Assembly (NCBI GenBank): GCA_963776765.1
Contig: CAVZOK010000003.1
Coordinates: 224,247 to 248,246 of the forward strand
DNA length: 24,000 nt
Direction: 5' to 3'
Source: Candidatus Sulfomarinibacteraceae bacterium
GTDB taxonomy: Bacteria; Acidobacteriota; Thermoanaerobaculia; Thermoanaerobaculales; Sulfomarinibacteraceae
The position numbers were made by a program, and so were the translations under genes. The notes under the pieces are model-generated. The model was not told where the DNA came from and did no database searches. It saw nothing but the letters and a program-made list of their open reading frames with translations. How positions within the stretch are numbered: the stretch's first letter is position 1; each line of letters opens with the position of its first letter. Below, one piece after another: positions 22,975 through 24,000 of the stretch.

Positions 22975-24000
22975 GTGAGACTCGTCGCTCTGAAGCTGGT
23001 TGATTCCGGGCTCCAGTTCGTGAGCCCGAGGGGCAAGCTGTCACAGCCGAGTCCCGGCCTTGCTCTGATAGATGGTCACGAGCTCGCCGTGGGAGTCGAT
23101 GCGGAAAGCGGCGCGCGTCTCAATCCCCGCCGTCTTCACAGCCGGTTCTGGCAGGACCTCGGCACCGCCCCGCTCGGTCGCCCATTCCCTAACTATCTGC
23201 GAACGGCCGATCTCGCCCATGCGCATTTGAAATCCGTGTGGGATGCTGACGGCTCGGACGCCGGAGAGGTCATCGTCGCGGTGCCCGGCGTATATACCGA
23301 CGATCAGCTCGCGTTGCTCCTCGGGATCGCCCGCGAGCTCGCGATACCGGTTCGTGGCCTGATCGACGCCGCGGTCGCTGCCGCTGCCGATCGCGAGCTG
23401 CGGCCGTCGGTTCTTCACCTCGACATCCACCTCCACCGTGCTGTCCTCACCGAGCTCGAACACGGTCATGAAATTGTCCGAAAGACCGTCCGCGCTGAAC
23501 CCCGGGTTGGTCTCCTCGCTCTCCGGGACGTCTGGGCCCGGGTCATTGCCCAAACCTTTGTTCGAGCAACCCGATTTGATCCACTTCATGTCGCGGCCAC
23601 TGAACAGGATCTTTACACTCAACTGGCAGACCTTCTCGAGGTGCTTACAGACAGGGACTCGACCGAGGTTCGCATCGCATCGGGTGGCCACGAACACACC
23701 GTCAAGCTGGACCGTGCACGCATCATCGACGCCGCGATTTCCACTTACGACAGTCTGTCTTCTCTCGTCAACGATTATGAGCGCCCGAATGACACAACCC
23801 TTCTGCTCAGTCACCGTGCCGCAGCCTTGCCGGGGCTCGTCGACCATCTCGAAGAGCACACCGAATCATCAGTCGTGGTCTTACATCCAGCGGCCGCGGC
23901 CAGCGGCGCCCTTGCCCACGCCGACCTCATCCGGTCACGAGGCCCCTCCGTGCCCTTTGTCACCCGCCTTCCAGGCCTCGATGCGAGACCACCGGGGCCG
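22975..24000 (+). CDS. Hsp70/actin-fold (ASKHA) family protein, 3' end outside the window; not in the supplied ORF track
   Basis: My own translation from the GTG at 22975 is open for all 342 codons to the window end. It reads MRLVALKLVDSGLQFV... (compare IGIDLGTTNS), then EVIVAVPGVYTDDQLALLLGIARELAIPVRGLIDAAVAAA (compare [43 protein letters not shown]). It starts 4 nt after the MotA-like stop. The 23041..23859 minus-strand ORF in the track is its antisense shadow. Confidence 0.7.
   Translation, partial: MRLVALKLVDSGLQFVSPRGKLSQPSPGLALIDGHELAVGVDAESGARLNPRRLHSRFWQDLGTAPLGRPFPNYLRTADLAHAHLKSVWDADGSDAGEVIVAVPGVYTDDQLALLLGIARELAIPVRGLIDAAVAAAADRELRPSVLHLDIHLHRAVLTELEHGHEIVRKTVRAEPRVGLLALRDVWARVIAQTFVRATRFDPLHVAATEQDLYTQLADLLEVLTDRDSTEVRIASGGHEHTVKLDRARIIDAAISTYDSLSSLVNDYERPNDTTLLLSHRAAALPGLVDHLEEHTESSVVVLHPAAAASGALAHADLIRSRGPSVPFVTRLPGLDARPPGP

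Noticed and set aside
17180-23036. Long minus-strand ORFs 17180..18226 (348 aa), 18680..19253, 19852..21036 (394 aa), 21571..22122 and 22149..23036 (295 aa)
   Set aside because: All lie antisense to plus-strand genes that have recognisable domains and tight operon spacing. Their composition is Arg/Gly/Pro-rich and they have no RBS. These are typical GC-rich shadow ORFs.
23041-23859. 272-aa minus-strand ORF, the only ORF the track offers for the last kilobase
   Set aside because: Its translation is Arg/Gly/Asp-rich with no recognisable motif. The opposite strand carries an uninterrupted 342-codon frame with clear Hsp70/actin-fold motifs, starting 4 nt after the MotA-like gene. The minus ORF is an antisense shadow.
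1-24000. Search by eye for CRISPR repeats, tRNA/rRNA/tmRNA/SRP motifs, IS inverted repeats, integrase or transposase genes and toxin-antitoxin pairs
   Set aside because: None were seen. Intergenic regions are short apart from 6969-7285, 8042-8282 and 16045-16265, and contain no tRNA-like T-arm (GGTTCGAATCC-type) or spaced direct repeats. Computational scans (tRNAscan-SE, Infernal, ISEScan) would be needed to be certain.

Overview
High-GC (roughly 60-65% by eye) bacterial chromosomal window. I found no rRNA, tRNA, CRISPR array, IS element or integrase. Many long ORFs in the track are antisense or alternative-frame shadows typical of GC-rich DNA.

Layout:
(1) 1-499: 3' part of a peroxiredoxin gene. 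Its reading frame continues upstream through an in-frame TGA placed exactly at the peroxidatic-Cys position, followed by a SECIS-like hairpin, so this is a probable selenoprotein.
(2) 616-2123 (-): a four-gene cluster of DUF134-like regulator, NifX/NifB-like domain protein, Gly/Arg-rich zinc-ribbon protein and DUF5320-like protein.
(3) 2201-3424 (+): MFS transporter. 3498-4271 (-): orphan secreted protein.
(4) 4417-6959 (-): translationally coupled pair of a NarI/DsrM-like membrane protein and an HdrD/DsrK-like CCG Fe-S protein. It has a clean terminator and an odd AATTCCN heptamer repeat in the 3' UTR.
(5) 7286-15607 (-): TVP38/DedA-like protein, DsbA-like protein, recA, and a coupled pair of a GT-C glycosyltransferase and an LtaS-like sulfatase-family transferase. 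These are preceded by an OmpH/Skp-like gene split over two reading frames.
(6) 16266 to beyond 24000 (+): the stand-out. Seven tightly packed genes behind a sigma54-like promoter: a G/S/E-rich lipoprotein; a glycine-zipper lipoprotein; a TM-TPR-PEGA protein; an FHA-like-TM-5xPEGA-FGE-like protein lacking the FGE catalytic cysteines; a small exported peptide; a MotA/TolQ/ExbB-type channel with no visible MotB/ExbD/TolR partner; and an Hsp70/actin-fold protein with degenerate nucleotide-binding motifs. That last ORF is missing from the supplied track because it runs off the window.

I propose (6) as a candidate uncharacterised, proton-motive-force-linked trans-envelope sensing or remodelling system. 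All family assignments come from motif recognition by eye, with no searches run, and should be confirmed with HMM and structure searches.
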